This document shows positions 40,818 to 48,649 of a stretch of 54,199 bases of DNA, piece by piece (position 1 is the first letter of the stretch; each line of letters begins with the position of its first letter). The translations under genes were made by a program, and so were the position numbers. The notes under the pieces are model-generated. The model was not told the origin of the DNA, searched no databases, and worked only from the letters and a program-made list of their open reading frames with translations. Location of the stretch: positions 1 to 54,199 of the IMG/VR virus record IMGVR_UViG_3300028569_000044; one strand, written 5' to 3'. This DNA comes from an uncultured virus (IMG/VR IMGVR_UViG_3300028569_000044) (lineage: Duplodnaviria; Heunggongvirae; Uroviricota; Caudoviricetes).

Positions 40818-41249
40818 TTACAATTCTTTCTTTTTTCGGAATTGGCAATCGGACATCCAGCAATCGCAATGGATACATTCTCCATTGTGGTCTGGTTTAC
40901 ATGGCAATTGAAACACATTTCCAACCACTTCATCTGCTACTTGTAATAGTCCTTGGGGTTTATCATCTACAAACCTAAGTGTAACAATAGGCAATAGATG
41001 TTTATAAGTTTTGATTCTGAAACTACAAGTTTCTGTATGGTAAATTACTTCACCGATGTTTTGATGTGGATCGTGTGGATAAATGGTATTGACGATATCG
41101 CCTTGGTAGATTTCTTTACCATTCTTATCTTTTAAGCCGGTTGACCATTGAATAGTTCTACCTTGTTTTTTAAAGTCTTCATTTGGATAACAAGTAATTG
41201 GAGATTCATCCCAACAATTGTATTTTTCGTCCCACAATCTAAATTTCAT
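40818..41249 (-). CDS. YopX-family protein (paralog of 20073..20510)
   Basis: TGLKDKNGKEIYQGDIV; C-terminal half closely matches 20073. Confidence 0.8.
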   Translation of the reverse strand: MKFRLWDEKYNCWDESPITCYPNEDFKKQGRTIQWSTGLKDKNGKEIYQGDIVNTIYPHDPHQNIGEVIYHTETCSFRIKTYKHLLPIVTLRFVDDKPQGLLQVADEVVGNVFQLPCKPDHNGECIHCDCWMSDCQFRKKKEL

Positions 41250-41251
41250 AT

Positions 41252-41587
41252 TTATTTCTTTAAAAGTTTACTATGATGATGAATGTTACCCGCTACAATC
41301 ATACCATCATCAAACATAACTAGCGGAAATTCATTTATATACCAACCACAACTTTCCCATACAACTGCGTTATATTCATATTTACGGCCAATCTTTTGTT
41401 TAACAATATCTCCTTCAAATACTCTAGTGCCTTTGATATCATCTAGTCCAGTATATTCTTCAATAATATATTCCTCACGTTTGAAGTATTCGTTTAAAGG
41501 CATTAATTCTGGATCTTCGTAAAGAGATGCAGTCATAACGTATTTCTTTTCTTTAATGCCCCAGATTCTGTAAATAAATTGTCTCAT
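41252..41587 (-). CDS. YopX-family protein (paralog of 20646..21014)
   Basis: FIYRIWGIKEKKYVMTASLYED shared; EYTGL...FEGDIV. Confidence 0.78.
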   Translation of the reverse strand: MRQFIYRIWGIKEKKYVMTASLYEDPELMPLNEYFKREEYIIEEYTGLDDIKGTRVFEGDIVKQKIGRKYEYNAVVWESCGWYINEFPLVMFDDGMIVAGNIHHHSKLLKK

Positions 41588-41964
41588 AGTAGTTTTAGAT
41601 GTTTAGTGACTGGATCAATTTTAGAACTATAATCTGGTCCAATGGCTAGACAAGTGAAAGTAGGTTTATCAAATCCAGTGGTTTCTTCAATATATTTGAC
41701 TGATAGACCCAGTATAACAGCTTGATATCCAATGTCAAGTAGTTCTTCTTCACTATTTACAGCCAAACAAACCTTAAAGAAAGTTCCTTTAATCCATTGT
41801 TCTTCACGATGATTGAATGGAATAACATCGTCGGGATATGCTCTGACTAGATTGGTTAAGAAAGCAATACTTGCATGAGCACCTTGAGCAACCATTTGTC
41901 CTTTGCTCAATTGCAAATCCTTACGCATTATTATGGTTTGCTTTATTCTGTCGTTTTCTTTCAT
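41584..41964 (-). other. pth2: Peptidyl-tRNA hydrolase Pth2 family
   Basis: KQ.II.RKDL..SKG...AQ.AHAS...KVCL.V.SEEEL...T.LAIGP....ID..T.HLKLL. Confidence 0.88.
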
Positions 41965-42802
41965 ATATTCCTTTTTGTTTTAAAACTCTAATAATCAAAT
42001 ATTTAGATATTCCGTGTTTTTTGGCCATTTCATTTGTAACTTTTTTAGTAGATTGATAATCAAATATTAATGATGTTATCATATTTTCATCAATGTGTTT
42101 ATAACATGGATTTTTACTTCCGATCATATGATTTTTCATTTTTTCACGACCTTGATCTGTAATGCCAATCTTTTTTCCATTTATATCTAAATTTTTTTTG
42201 TGTGATTCAGACATTTTTGTTCTAACCACTTCCAATCCAGATTTACTATTTTTAGATATTTTTTCTCTAATTTCAGATGCTTTTTTCAGACCATATTTTT
42301 CATTATATGATCGTTGTTTATCTTTTATTATTTGTTTGGCTTTTTCATCACCAAATCTCATTTCATAAGTTTTTCCTTTTAATTCATCAGATAGTCTTTT
42401 TTTATTTTCTTCGTTTTGATTATAATCAATTAAATTTTTACATACATTACTAGAAATTGCAAATTTTCTAATTTTTTCTTTTGTAACATCTGAATGTTTC
42501 CATCCAAGAATACCACGACCACCCTCCGTTAAATTATAACCAAACTTTGAAAAAGTATTATACTTTTTAATACACTCGATTTCTTTTACATTCAATTCTT
42601 CAAATGAAGAAGCTTTATATATAACTTCCCATGAAAAATTTTGTTTTCCATACTTTTTGATTGATCTATGAAAATAATATGTGCTTCCTCTATATGCTGC
42701 ATTCAAATGTGCAGCTTTACGCTTTTTAAGTGTTTGAATTGTTTGACCAACATATTTCATTTGGTTCACCAAATTAGTTACAAGATAAATGATCATATAC
42801 AA
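41921..42802 (-). CDS. GIY-YIG homing endonuclease
   Basis: IIYLVTN..N.MKYVGQT...R...H...F..SIKKYG...GYNLTEGG; HSDVTKEKI. Confidence 0.85.
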   Translation of the reverse strand: MYMIIYLVTNLVNQMKYVGQTIQTLKKRKAAHLNAAYRGSTYYFHRSIKKYGKQNFSWEVIYKASSFEELNVKEIECIKKYNTFSKFGYNLTEGGRGILGWKHSDVTKEKIRKFAISSNVCKNLIDYNQNEENKKRLSDELKGKTYEMRFGDEKAKQIIKDKQRSYNEKYGLKKASEIREKISKNSKSGLEVVRTKMSESHKKNLDINGKKIGITDQGREKMKNHMIGSKNPCYKHIDENMITSLIFDYQSTKKVTNEMAKKHGISKYLIIRVLKQKGIYERKRQNKANHNNA

Positions 42803-42839
42803 TATATATGATCATCATAACCAAAAACAATTTATCTCT

Positions 42840-42872
42840 TTAGATTACAATAACTTGTTTTACTTTATCCAT
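42840..42872 (-). pseudogene. Orphan 5' end (10 codons) of Pth2
   Basis: MDKVKQVIVI* versus ...DRIKQTIIM; starts 1 nt after the stop of 42874..43314. Confidence 0.65.
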
Positions 42873-42873
42873 A

Positions 42874-43314
42874 TTAGTGTCCTCCAACATTATCAATTTT
42901 GACGGAAACTTTTAGAATTTCTGGATTTTTGTTATAATTACCCAAGTAAGTATAGGGTTTTTGTACAAACTGCAATACTCCACCGGTACGCTCATATATC
43001 ATAAAACCAAAGTGTTCCCAGGTTATTCTACCAATAGTGGTTTTGATACCTAGAGGTAGTTCTACTATGTCACCTTCGTATAAATATTCACCGTTTGTGG
43101 CTTTAAAGCCGGTACATAGTTCAATTTTATAAGCTTCTTGGTCTACATCACATTTTGATGCATCATCTTGATTACTTTCAAGGGATGTTACAAAGTCAAC
43201 AAGATTACCATTGTGGTCTAGGTAATAGTTTGAAGTGCAATGTAGTGATGAACCTGGATATTCAGGTTCGTTAGTATAACATTCGGCATTTTTGCTCCAA
43301 ATTCTGTATTTCAT
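42874..43314 (-). CDS. YopX-family protein
   Basis: MKYRIW...TGFK..NG..LYEGDIV...GN...NPE. Confidence 0.7.
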   Translation of the reverse strand: MKYRIWSKNAECYTNEPEYPGSSLHCTSNYYLDHNGNLVDFVTSLESNQDDASKCDVDQEAYKIELCTGFKATNGEYLYEGDIVELPLGIKTTIGRITWEHFGFMIYERTGGVLQFVQKPYTYLGNYNKNPEILKVSVKIDNVGGH

Positions 43315-43322
43315 ATTATTTT

Positions 43323-43755
43323 TTACTTTACCGTTGAATTTTCTAAATTGATTTTATCTGTTTGTAAAAGTGTATAATTATATGCTTGTTCTACGGCGGA
43401 TATTTTGTGTTTTGATTTCAACAACTTGATTGATTTCCAATCAACTTTAGTTTGAATCTGAGTTCCGTTGTGGAAATTGATTGTGATATCTACATCGTGT
43501 GGTTGCATATAATTAATAACTGGTTTGTCTATGAATAGTAAACCCAAATCCTATCAAAGTCAATTCAAAATACCAAAAAGTTTTATCTTTGCGGTAAACA
43601 AGTTTGGTATCAAAATTAATATCTATGACTTTTGTTGGATAATCATTACCCCATGCGTTTCCTGGTTGAGTTCCCCATTTGATTTTGGGAACACTGATAT
43701 CAACATCAAAGATATCAAATAGGTCTTCTTTATTCTTTTTAGAGTATAAGCGCAT
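43323..43755 (-). other. Two hypothetical ORFs (43323-43547; 43513-43755, paralog of 19713-19970)
   Basis: FW.F.LT..GFGF shared with 19713. Confidence 0.5.
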
Positions 43756-43756
43756 A

Positions 43757-44104
43757 TTATTTCCACGTTTTATGTTCTTCAGCAATATATTCACCCCCGT
43801 TAGTTTCTGACCTCCTAATGAGCCATTTAACATCATCTGGAATTTCTACTACTTTAAGTTTGATATATTTTCCTTGACCTGCTTTTTCACCCAAAGTTTC
43901 TACAACTTGTACAAGAGTAGAGTCCGTTCTATCAATATTCCAATCATCAATTATGTTTTCATCATTTTCTTCATTTTTATAGAAAATTTTAAAAGTATCA
44001 TCACCCCGTGTGATTAGATTATAACCTTTGAGTTTAGCATATAGAATATGCGCTTCTGAACTTAGGTAGAAACCGCCATAACTTGAGTTGATAACCACTT
44101 TCAT
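43757..44104 (-). CDS. Conserved hypothetical phage protein
   Basis: VINxxYGGFxLS...R.D..LVQVVE.LG.KA......LKVVEIPD...W......G.EYIAE.H.TW. Confidence 0.7.
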   Translation of the reverse strand: MKVVINSSYGGFYLSSEAHILYAKLKGYNLITRGDDTFKIFYKNEENDENIIDDWNIDRTDSTLVQVVETLGEKAGQGKYIKLKVVEIPDDVKWLIRRSETNGGEYIAEEHKTWK

Positions 44105-44111
44105 TTTTAAG

Positions 44112-44140
44112 AGTATACCAGATAGATTTCTGAAAGTCAA
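44112..44140 (-). promoter_or_regulatory. Sigma70-like promoter
   Basis: TTGACT-17nt-TATACT with extended TG. Confidence 0.7.
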
Positions 44141-44277
44141 ATATTTTTCTTGTCAAATTCATTGTATAATTGATCGTCTAATTGATTGTATAATTGACGG
44201 TTTAATTGACTGTGTAATTGATCGTATAATTGATTCTGTAATTGAATTTTATGTTTTATTGGTTTTGTGAAATTCAT
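44137..44277 (-). CDS. QLxx-repeat micro-ORF 8 (46 aa, not in ORF track)
   Basis: MNFTKPIKHKIQLQNQLYDQLHSQLNRQLYNQLDDQLYNEFDKKNI*. Confidence 0.65.
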   Translation of the reverse strand: MNFTKPIKHKIQLQNQLYDQLHSQLNRQLYNQLDDQLYNEFDKKNI

Positions 44278-44482
44278 TGTGTAATTGACTGTTTAATTGA
44301 TTGAATAATTGACGGTCTAATTGAGTGTATAATTGATCGGATAATTGATTGTATAATTGAGTGTTTGATTGACTGTTTAATTGATTGTTTAATTGAGTCC
44401 ATAATTGTTTGTCTAATTGAGTCTGTAATTGATGTGATAATTGAGTGAATAATTTAGTTTTTATTGGTTTTGTGAAGTTCAT
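44249..44482 (-). CDS. QLxx-repeat micro-ORF 7
   Basis: MNFTKPIK + QLxx repeats. Confidence 0.7.
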   Translation of the reverse strand: MNFTKPIKTKLFTQLSHQLQTQLDKQLWTQLNNQLNSQSNTQLYNQLSDQLYTQLDRQLFNQLNSQLHNEFHKTNKT

Positions 44483-44675
44483 TTTCTAATTGAGTGTTTA
44501 ATTGCCAGCCTAATTGATCGGATAATTGATGGGATAATTGATGGGATAATTGATTGAATAATTTAGTGGATAATTTAGTGCCTAATTGATCCCATAATTG
44601 ACGGTGTAATTGCCAGTCTAATTGAGTGTCTAATTGAGTGTGTAATTTATTTCGTATTGAATTGTTGAATTTCAT
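44454..44675 (-). CDS. QLxx-repeat micro-ORF 6
   Basis: MKFNNSIR + QLxx repeats. Confidence 0.7.
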   Translation of the reverse strand: MKFNNSIRNKLHTQLDTQLDWQLHRQLWDQLGTKLSTKLFNQLSHQLSHQLSDQLGWQLNTQLENELHKTNKN

Positions 44676-44856
44676 TGTATAATTGATGGGATAATTGACG
44701 GGTTGTTTGAGTGTGTAATCGATTGTATAATTGCCAGTCTAATTGAGTGTCTAATTGAGTGTGTAATTTATTTCGTATTGAATTGTTGAATTCATCCCAT
44801 AATTGACGGTTTAATTGATCTCTTAATTTATTTGTTATTGGTTTTGTGAAGTTCAT
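44647..44856 (-). CDS. QLxx-repeat micro-ORF 5 (contains an in-frame copy of the ORF 6 N-terminus)
   Basis: Internal FNNSIRNKLHTQLDTQLDWQL. Confidence 0.7.
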   Translation of the reverse strand: MNFTKPITNKLRDQLNRQLWDEFNNSIRNKLHTQLDTQLDWQLYNRLHTQTTRQLSHQLYNEIQQFNTK

Positions 44857-45007
44857 TGTATAATTGAATATATAATTGATCGGTTAATTGATCGGTTAAT
44901 TGATCGGTTAATTGATCGGCTAATTGATCTTCTAATTGAGGGTGCTCGAATAATGTACGGCATAATTGAGTGTGTAATTTATTTGATAGTGGATTGTTCA
45001 AGTTCAT
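44828..45007 (-). CDS. QLxx-repeat micro-ORF 4 (59 aa, not in ORF track)
   Basis: MNLNNPLSNKLHTQLCRTLFEHPQLEDQLADQLTDQLTDQLTDQLYIQLYNELHKTNNK*. Confidence 0.65.
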   Translation of the reverse strand: MNLNNPLSNKLHTQLCRTLFEHPQLEDQLADQLTDQLTDQLTDQLYIQLYNELHKTNNK

Positions 45008-45188
45008 GGCGTAATTGCCAGTGTAATTGATTGTGTAATTGACTGGATAATTGATTGTATAATTGATCGTATAATTGAGTGTCTAATTGAGTGTATAATT
45101 CATCGTGTAATTGTTCTTCTAATTGACGGAATAATTGAGTGTGTAATTGATTGTATAATTTAGTTTTTAGTGGAGTGTTGAATTTCAT
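44979..45188 (-). CDS. QLxx-repeat micro-ORF 3
   Basis: MKFNTPLK + QLxx repeats. Confidence 0.7.
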   Translation of the reverse strand: MKFNTPLKTKLYNQLHTQLFRQLEEQLHDELYTQLDTQLYDQLYNQLSSQLHNQLHWQLRHELEQSTIK

Positions 45189-45381
45189 GGCGTAATTGAC
45201 TGACTAATTGATCGGATAATTGCCAATATAATTTCTCGATTAATTGATCGTATAATTGATTGTGCAATTTATTGGATAATTGAGTGTGCAATTGCCAGTG
45301 TAATTGTTCTTCTAATTGACGGAATAATTGAGTGTGTAATTGAGTGTGTAATTTATTTAATAGTGGATTGTTGAAGTTCAT
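45160..45381 (-). CDS. QLxx-repeat micro-ORF 2
   Basis: MNFNNPLL + QLxx repeats. Confidence 0.7.
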   Translation of the reverse strand: MNFNNPLLNKLHTQLHTQLFRQLEEQLHWQLHTQLSNKLHNQLYDQLIEKLYWQLSDQLVSQLRHEIQHSTKN

Positions 45382-45568
45382 TGCGTAATTGATTGTTTAA
45401 TTGACTGGATAATTGATCGTATAATTGAGTGATTAATTGATTGCGTAATTGAAGGTTTAATCGATCTTCTAATTGATCTTCTAATTGACGGTTTAATTGA
45501 CTGTGTAATTGATCGTATAATTGATTCTGTAATTGAATTTTATGTTTTATTGGTTTTGTGAAATTCAT
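45353..45568 (-). CDS. QLxx-repeat micro-ORF 1
   Basis: Probable start MNFTKPIK at 45568. Confidence 0.7.
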   Translation of the reverse strand: MNFTKPIKHKIQLQNQLYDQLHSQLNRQLEDQLEDRLNLQLRNQLITQLYDQLSSQLNNQLRNELQQSTIK

Positions 45569-45580
45569 TGTGTAATAAAT

Positions 45581-45643
45581 AAAAGCCTCCAATAATGTGT
45601 GATATTGGAGGCCTCCAATAATGTGTGATATTGGAGGCTTTTT
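45581..45643. terminator. Tandemly duplicated terminator-like hairpin
   Basis: 26-bp unit GCCTCCAATAATGTGTGATATTGGAG twice (45585-45610, 45611-45636), flanked by A and T tracts. Confidence 0.75.
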
Positions 45644-45662
45644 AATTAGGATTAAATATCTA

Positions 45663-46544
45663 TCAGGCGATGTTAATAATCTTCATTTCACGGCCACCAA
45701 ATCGTTCTTTAATTGCCGACTTTAAATCTTGACAGCTTGGGCTTACAGCCTCCATATGCCAAATTCCAGTTGTCTGATTCAACATCTTAACAAATGGTTG
45801 ATAATCCAAACCTGGAAACAACACCTTCAAATCCCACAATTCATACTGACTCTTATGCCACCAACTATGGGTTTTCTTTGAATATTTCTTATAACTATCA
45901 ACCTTAGTGCCAAGATGTGCCATACGCTCAACGCCGTATTTACGGACAAATTCTGCCTTAATATCAGCATTGGTTTCCTTAAGAAAGACATTGATATCAA
46001 GATACTCACTAGGAGTCATAACAAGATATTCATTCACTTTCACGCCGTTCAAATAATACATTCCCCAACCATCGGCATATTCAATCGCTTTATCGCTTTC
46101 GCAATGTAGAAAACCACCGTCATTGACTGACAATTTAATTGGTCGTTCAATGATAATACAATCATTTTCATACGGAAACCACCAATGCAAATGTTCTGCT
46201 TCTTGCATCCACAATGCGAGCAACTCGGAATTTTCCTTTTCATACTTTATACCGATTGTTTCACAAAAAGTGTAAAACGCCTTCCAATATACCCACTGTT
46301 GTCCCCCGAAATAATTATCCAATTTAACTTCGGGATGTTTGGTAATCAGTTCAAACGCACTACGAAAATAGTGAAAATTAGGTTTATTAAAACCAATGTG
46401 TTTATATAACTTGGTAATGACATCTTCCGCCTTTTCGTGATCAATAGGCACAATTGAACGCCCAACATTGAGATTTTTCTGATAAAATTCTTTGAGGAAA
46501 ATCTCTTGTTCCGGAGTCAGTGATGTGATTTTTTCTGAGGACAT
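45663..46544 (-). CDS. DUF6745-like protein lacking the usual internal low-complexity repeat
   Basis: LTPEQE...S..PID...AE.....Y...G...P; GQ....W.AFY.F; WWFPYE...I.ERP......D..G.LH.....AI.YADGW..Y..NGV.V; E.NA.......YG.ER. Confidence 0.72.
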   Translation of the reverse strand: MSSEKITSLTPEQEIFLKEFYQKNLNVGRSIVPIDHEKAEDVITKLYKHIGFNKPNFHYFRSAFELITKHPEVKLDNYFGGQQWVYWKAFYTFCETIGIKYEKENSELLALWMQEAEHLHWWFPYENDCIIIERPIKLSVNDGGFLHCESDKAIEYADGWGMYYLNGVKVNEYLVMTPSEYLDINVFLKETNADIKAEFVRKYGVERMAHLGTKVDSYKKYSKKTHSWWHKSQYELWDLKVLFPGLDYQPFVKMLNQTTGIWHMEAVSPSCQDLKSAIKERFGGREMKIINIA

Positions 46545-46573
46545 ATTATGTATGTTTAATGGTTAAACTAATG

Positions 46574-46918
46574 TTAGTCTCGGACTTTTTGAAGTCTTGC
46601 AGCAAACGGATCATATTCGAATTGACTACCGAATTCATATGTATTACCAGCTGGTAATACAATTTCACTGTGGCGTGAATCTATCACACATCGAATTGCG
46701 GTATCAACACTATTTTGCATATATAGTGTTCCAGTTTCACTTTGGAAAAATTCCACGCCTGGCATAACATCCACAATGTGATGATTACCAGTTGTTTCAC
46801 TCGGAGCAACAATAACATAATTATCGTTGATGTTCATTTTCTTGGCATTTGTTGGCAAATTGCTCAAAAATACCATACACTCACCGTGTAGGATTACTTC
46901 GTTTTCATTAATTTTCAT
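46574..46918 (-). CDS. Small His-containing beta protein typically found next to DUF6745-like genes
   Basis: HGE...A.SETTGNHH...H..I.LP.G.Y....Q.EYDP.......V.D. Confidence 0.65.
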   Translation of the reverse strand: MKINENEVILHGECMVFLSNLPTNAKKMNINDNYVIVAPSETTGNHHIVDVMPGVEFFQSETGTLYMQNSVDTAIRCVIDSRHSEIVLPAGNTYEFGSQFEYDPFAARLQKVRD

Positions 46919-46939
46919 AGTTTTTCTTATTGTTCTTTT

Positions 46940-46968
46940 AATTTACCACGGGTTTTTCTGAAAGTCAA
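46940..46968 (-). promoter_or_regulatory. Sigma70-like promoter for the partner/DUF6745-like operon
   Basis: TTGACT-17nt-TAAATT with extended TG. Confidence 0.6.
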
Positions 46969-47177
46969 GCGTTAGTTTTTTTACCACCGCCTTGATTTAT
47001 CCATTTGTGTAGGTCATCTAGTTTAGCTTTTAGTTCTACATTTTCTGCTTCTAGGGCAGTTATTTTACCCATTAGGGCTTGGTAGTCTAATTGTAGTTTG
47101 TAATGGACATCTCTGATTAGTTTGGTTAGGTCAATTACATCTAGTTGTTTAAGTGGGAGATTCATATTTTTTTTCAA
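46965..47177 (-). CDS. Small coiled-coil protein
   Basis: Heptad Leu pattern. Confidence 0.5.
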   Translation of the reverse strand: MKKNMNLPLKQLDVIDLTKLIRDVHYKLQLDYQALMGKITALEAENVELKAKLDDLHKWINQGGGKKTNA

Positions 47178-47697
47178 TTATGAGTTCATTTTTTGTTCCG
47201 TCAAGTAGATTATATTTTGATTTATCTAAAAATTTACCCAGAGCAATTTTATACAATCTGTATCTTGGATAATCTGTAGCTGGTAGATACAATCTATTAA
47301 CATTAGCTAATGTAAAAAAATCTAATTTTTCAATAAAAATATCTAGTAAAATATACAAATGAGTATTGAAAATTCTTTCATCTGGATTTACATTATAATG
47401 AATGTTGGGTCTATCATAGGATGGAGTTTTGTTTTTTCCTATAAACCCAAACTTAACTTCATATTTGTCTACATCATTATCATATAACCTTTTATTAATT
47501 TTTATAAAATGTTCTACATTATTATTATCAGCAAATGTTGCTGTAAATCTAGGAGTATAATCAAACGGATATCTAATATTAATGTTTAATATTTCTGTAA
47601 GATAATAATATGTTTGTAAATCAATGCTTTCATCCAATGACAATAAGCTTAGTTGTTCGTCATTGTTTATTTGTATAAGAATATCTTTAAGCTTCAT
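47149..47697 (-). CDS. Hypothetical protein (MKLKDIL N-terminus)
   Basis: 182 aa ORF. Confidence 0.55.
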   Translation of the reverse strand: MKLKDILIQINNDEQLSLLSLDESIDLQTYYYLTEILNINIRYPFDYTPRFTATFADNNNVEHFIKINKRLYDNDVDKYEVKFGFIGKNKTPSYDRPNIHYNVNPDERIFNTHLYILLDIFIEKLDFFTLANVNRLYLPATDYPRYRLYKIALGKFLDKSKYNLLDGTKNELIIEKKYESPT

Positions 47698-47699
47698 AA

Positions 47700-48050
47700 T
47701 TATTCATTATCCTCTATTGTAACCTTTACATTAACAAAGTCAATCTTTTTGAGAAGAAATGAATCATTAAACACAATATATTCACTAGACTTATCATCTA
47801 GTTGAGTATGAATAGTTTTAATAGTTTGTTCGTATTCTTTCAGTATTTTTTCTCTTTGTTCAGCATAAACATTAGTATCATCTGTTTCAATAGTTTGCCA
47901 TTGTTTATACTGATATCCTTGTTCGTCTGGTTGATTGTAGGTTATAACCAATGATATTCCACGATTGTATTTAGGACTATATTTATTCTTTGGTTGTTTT
48001 ACCGGCGTTGTTTCTGGTTTCTTGAATAGATTCTTTATGTAATTTATCAT
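47700..48050 (-). CDS. Hypothetical protein, paralog of 16350..16685
   Basis: QL.DKSSEYI shared. Confidence 0.6.
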   Translation of the reverse strand: MINYIKNLFKKPETTPVKQPKNKYSPKYNRGISLVITYNQPDEQGYQYKQWQTIETDDTNVYAEQREKILKEYEQTIKTIHTQLDDKSSEYIVFNDSFLLKKIDFVNVKVTIEDNE

Positions 48051-48136
48051 ATAACTCTTGTGCTTGTTTTGACAATGGTAACACTTGTTTTAGTTGTTGT
48101 AAAGCGGTTAATTCATCTTTTAATGGATGATTTAGT

Positions 48137-48460
48137 CTATCTTGTAGTGTTGGCCATTGAGGTTTCATCGTGATTTAATTTGAATATAAAATAGTTTGAT
48201 TTTCCTTTACGCAATAGAATGTATTTGTTGTATAATAAATCATCTGTAGATATTTCTCTATTAACATCGGTTATTTTTTGATTATTCAGGTATAATCCCC
48301 CACTTTTTATTAAACTTTTTGCTTCAGAATATGATTTTACTAAACCAGATAATTTGGCAAGATGTGTAATTGTTGAAACAGAAACATCATCATTTTCAAT
48401 AACCATCCAACTTGATTTAATCTCGGCATTATTCATCATATGGAGGAGTATCAAATTCAT
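48137..48460 (-). CDS. Stand-alone S4-like domain resembling the TyrRS C-terminus
   Basis: GLVKS.SEA..LI.SGG.YLN..KI.D.......DLL..KYILLRKGK.NY. Confidence 0.7.
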   Translation of the reverse strand: MNLILLHMMNNAEIKSSWMVIENDDVSVSTITHLAKLSGLVKSYSEAKSLIKSGGLYLNNQKITDVNREISTDDLLYNKYILLRKGKSNYFIFKLNHDETSMANTTR

Positions 48461-48644
48461 TTGATGATAGTCTACTTGTATTATACTCCAACTCTTGAAT
48501 TTTTTCCAACAATTTATATTGATTTCGTTCTAGTGTTTCAACCACAACAATTAATTCCCATAAAATTGAACCAGTATCTTTTGGGACACCACTATTATAG
48601 CTGCGTAATTTTTCTTTAATTTTATTTGTATCAATATTATTCAT
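48429..48644 (-). CDS. Hypothetical protein
   Basis: Probable start MNNIDT at 48644. Confidence 0.5.
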   Translation of the reverse strand: MNNIDTNKIKEKLRSYNSGVPKDTGSILWELIVVVETLERNQYKLLEKIQELEYNTSRLSSNEFDTPPYDE

Positions 48645-48649
48645 ATTTT

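Larger units (their letters stand above)
44137..45576 (-). repeat. Array of 12-bp-period CAATTA-N6 repeats organised as eight chained micro-ORFs
   Basis: TAATTG recurs every 12 nt on +; units of 151-205 nt separated by related junction sequences. Confidence 0.92.

Noticed and set aside
44137-45576. CRISPR array or DGR template/variable repeat
   Set aside because: Junctions are not identical repeats, the intervening sequence is itself 12-bp periodic and coding, and no cas or reverse transcriptase gene or adenine-specific variation is visible
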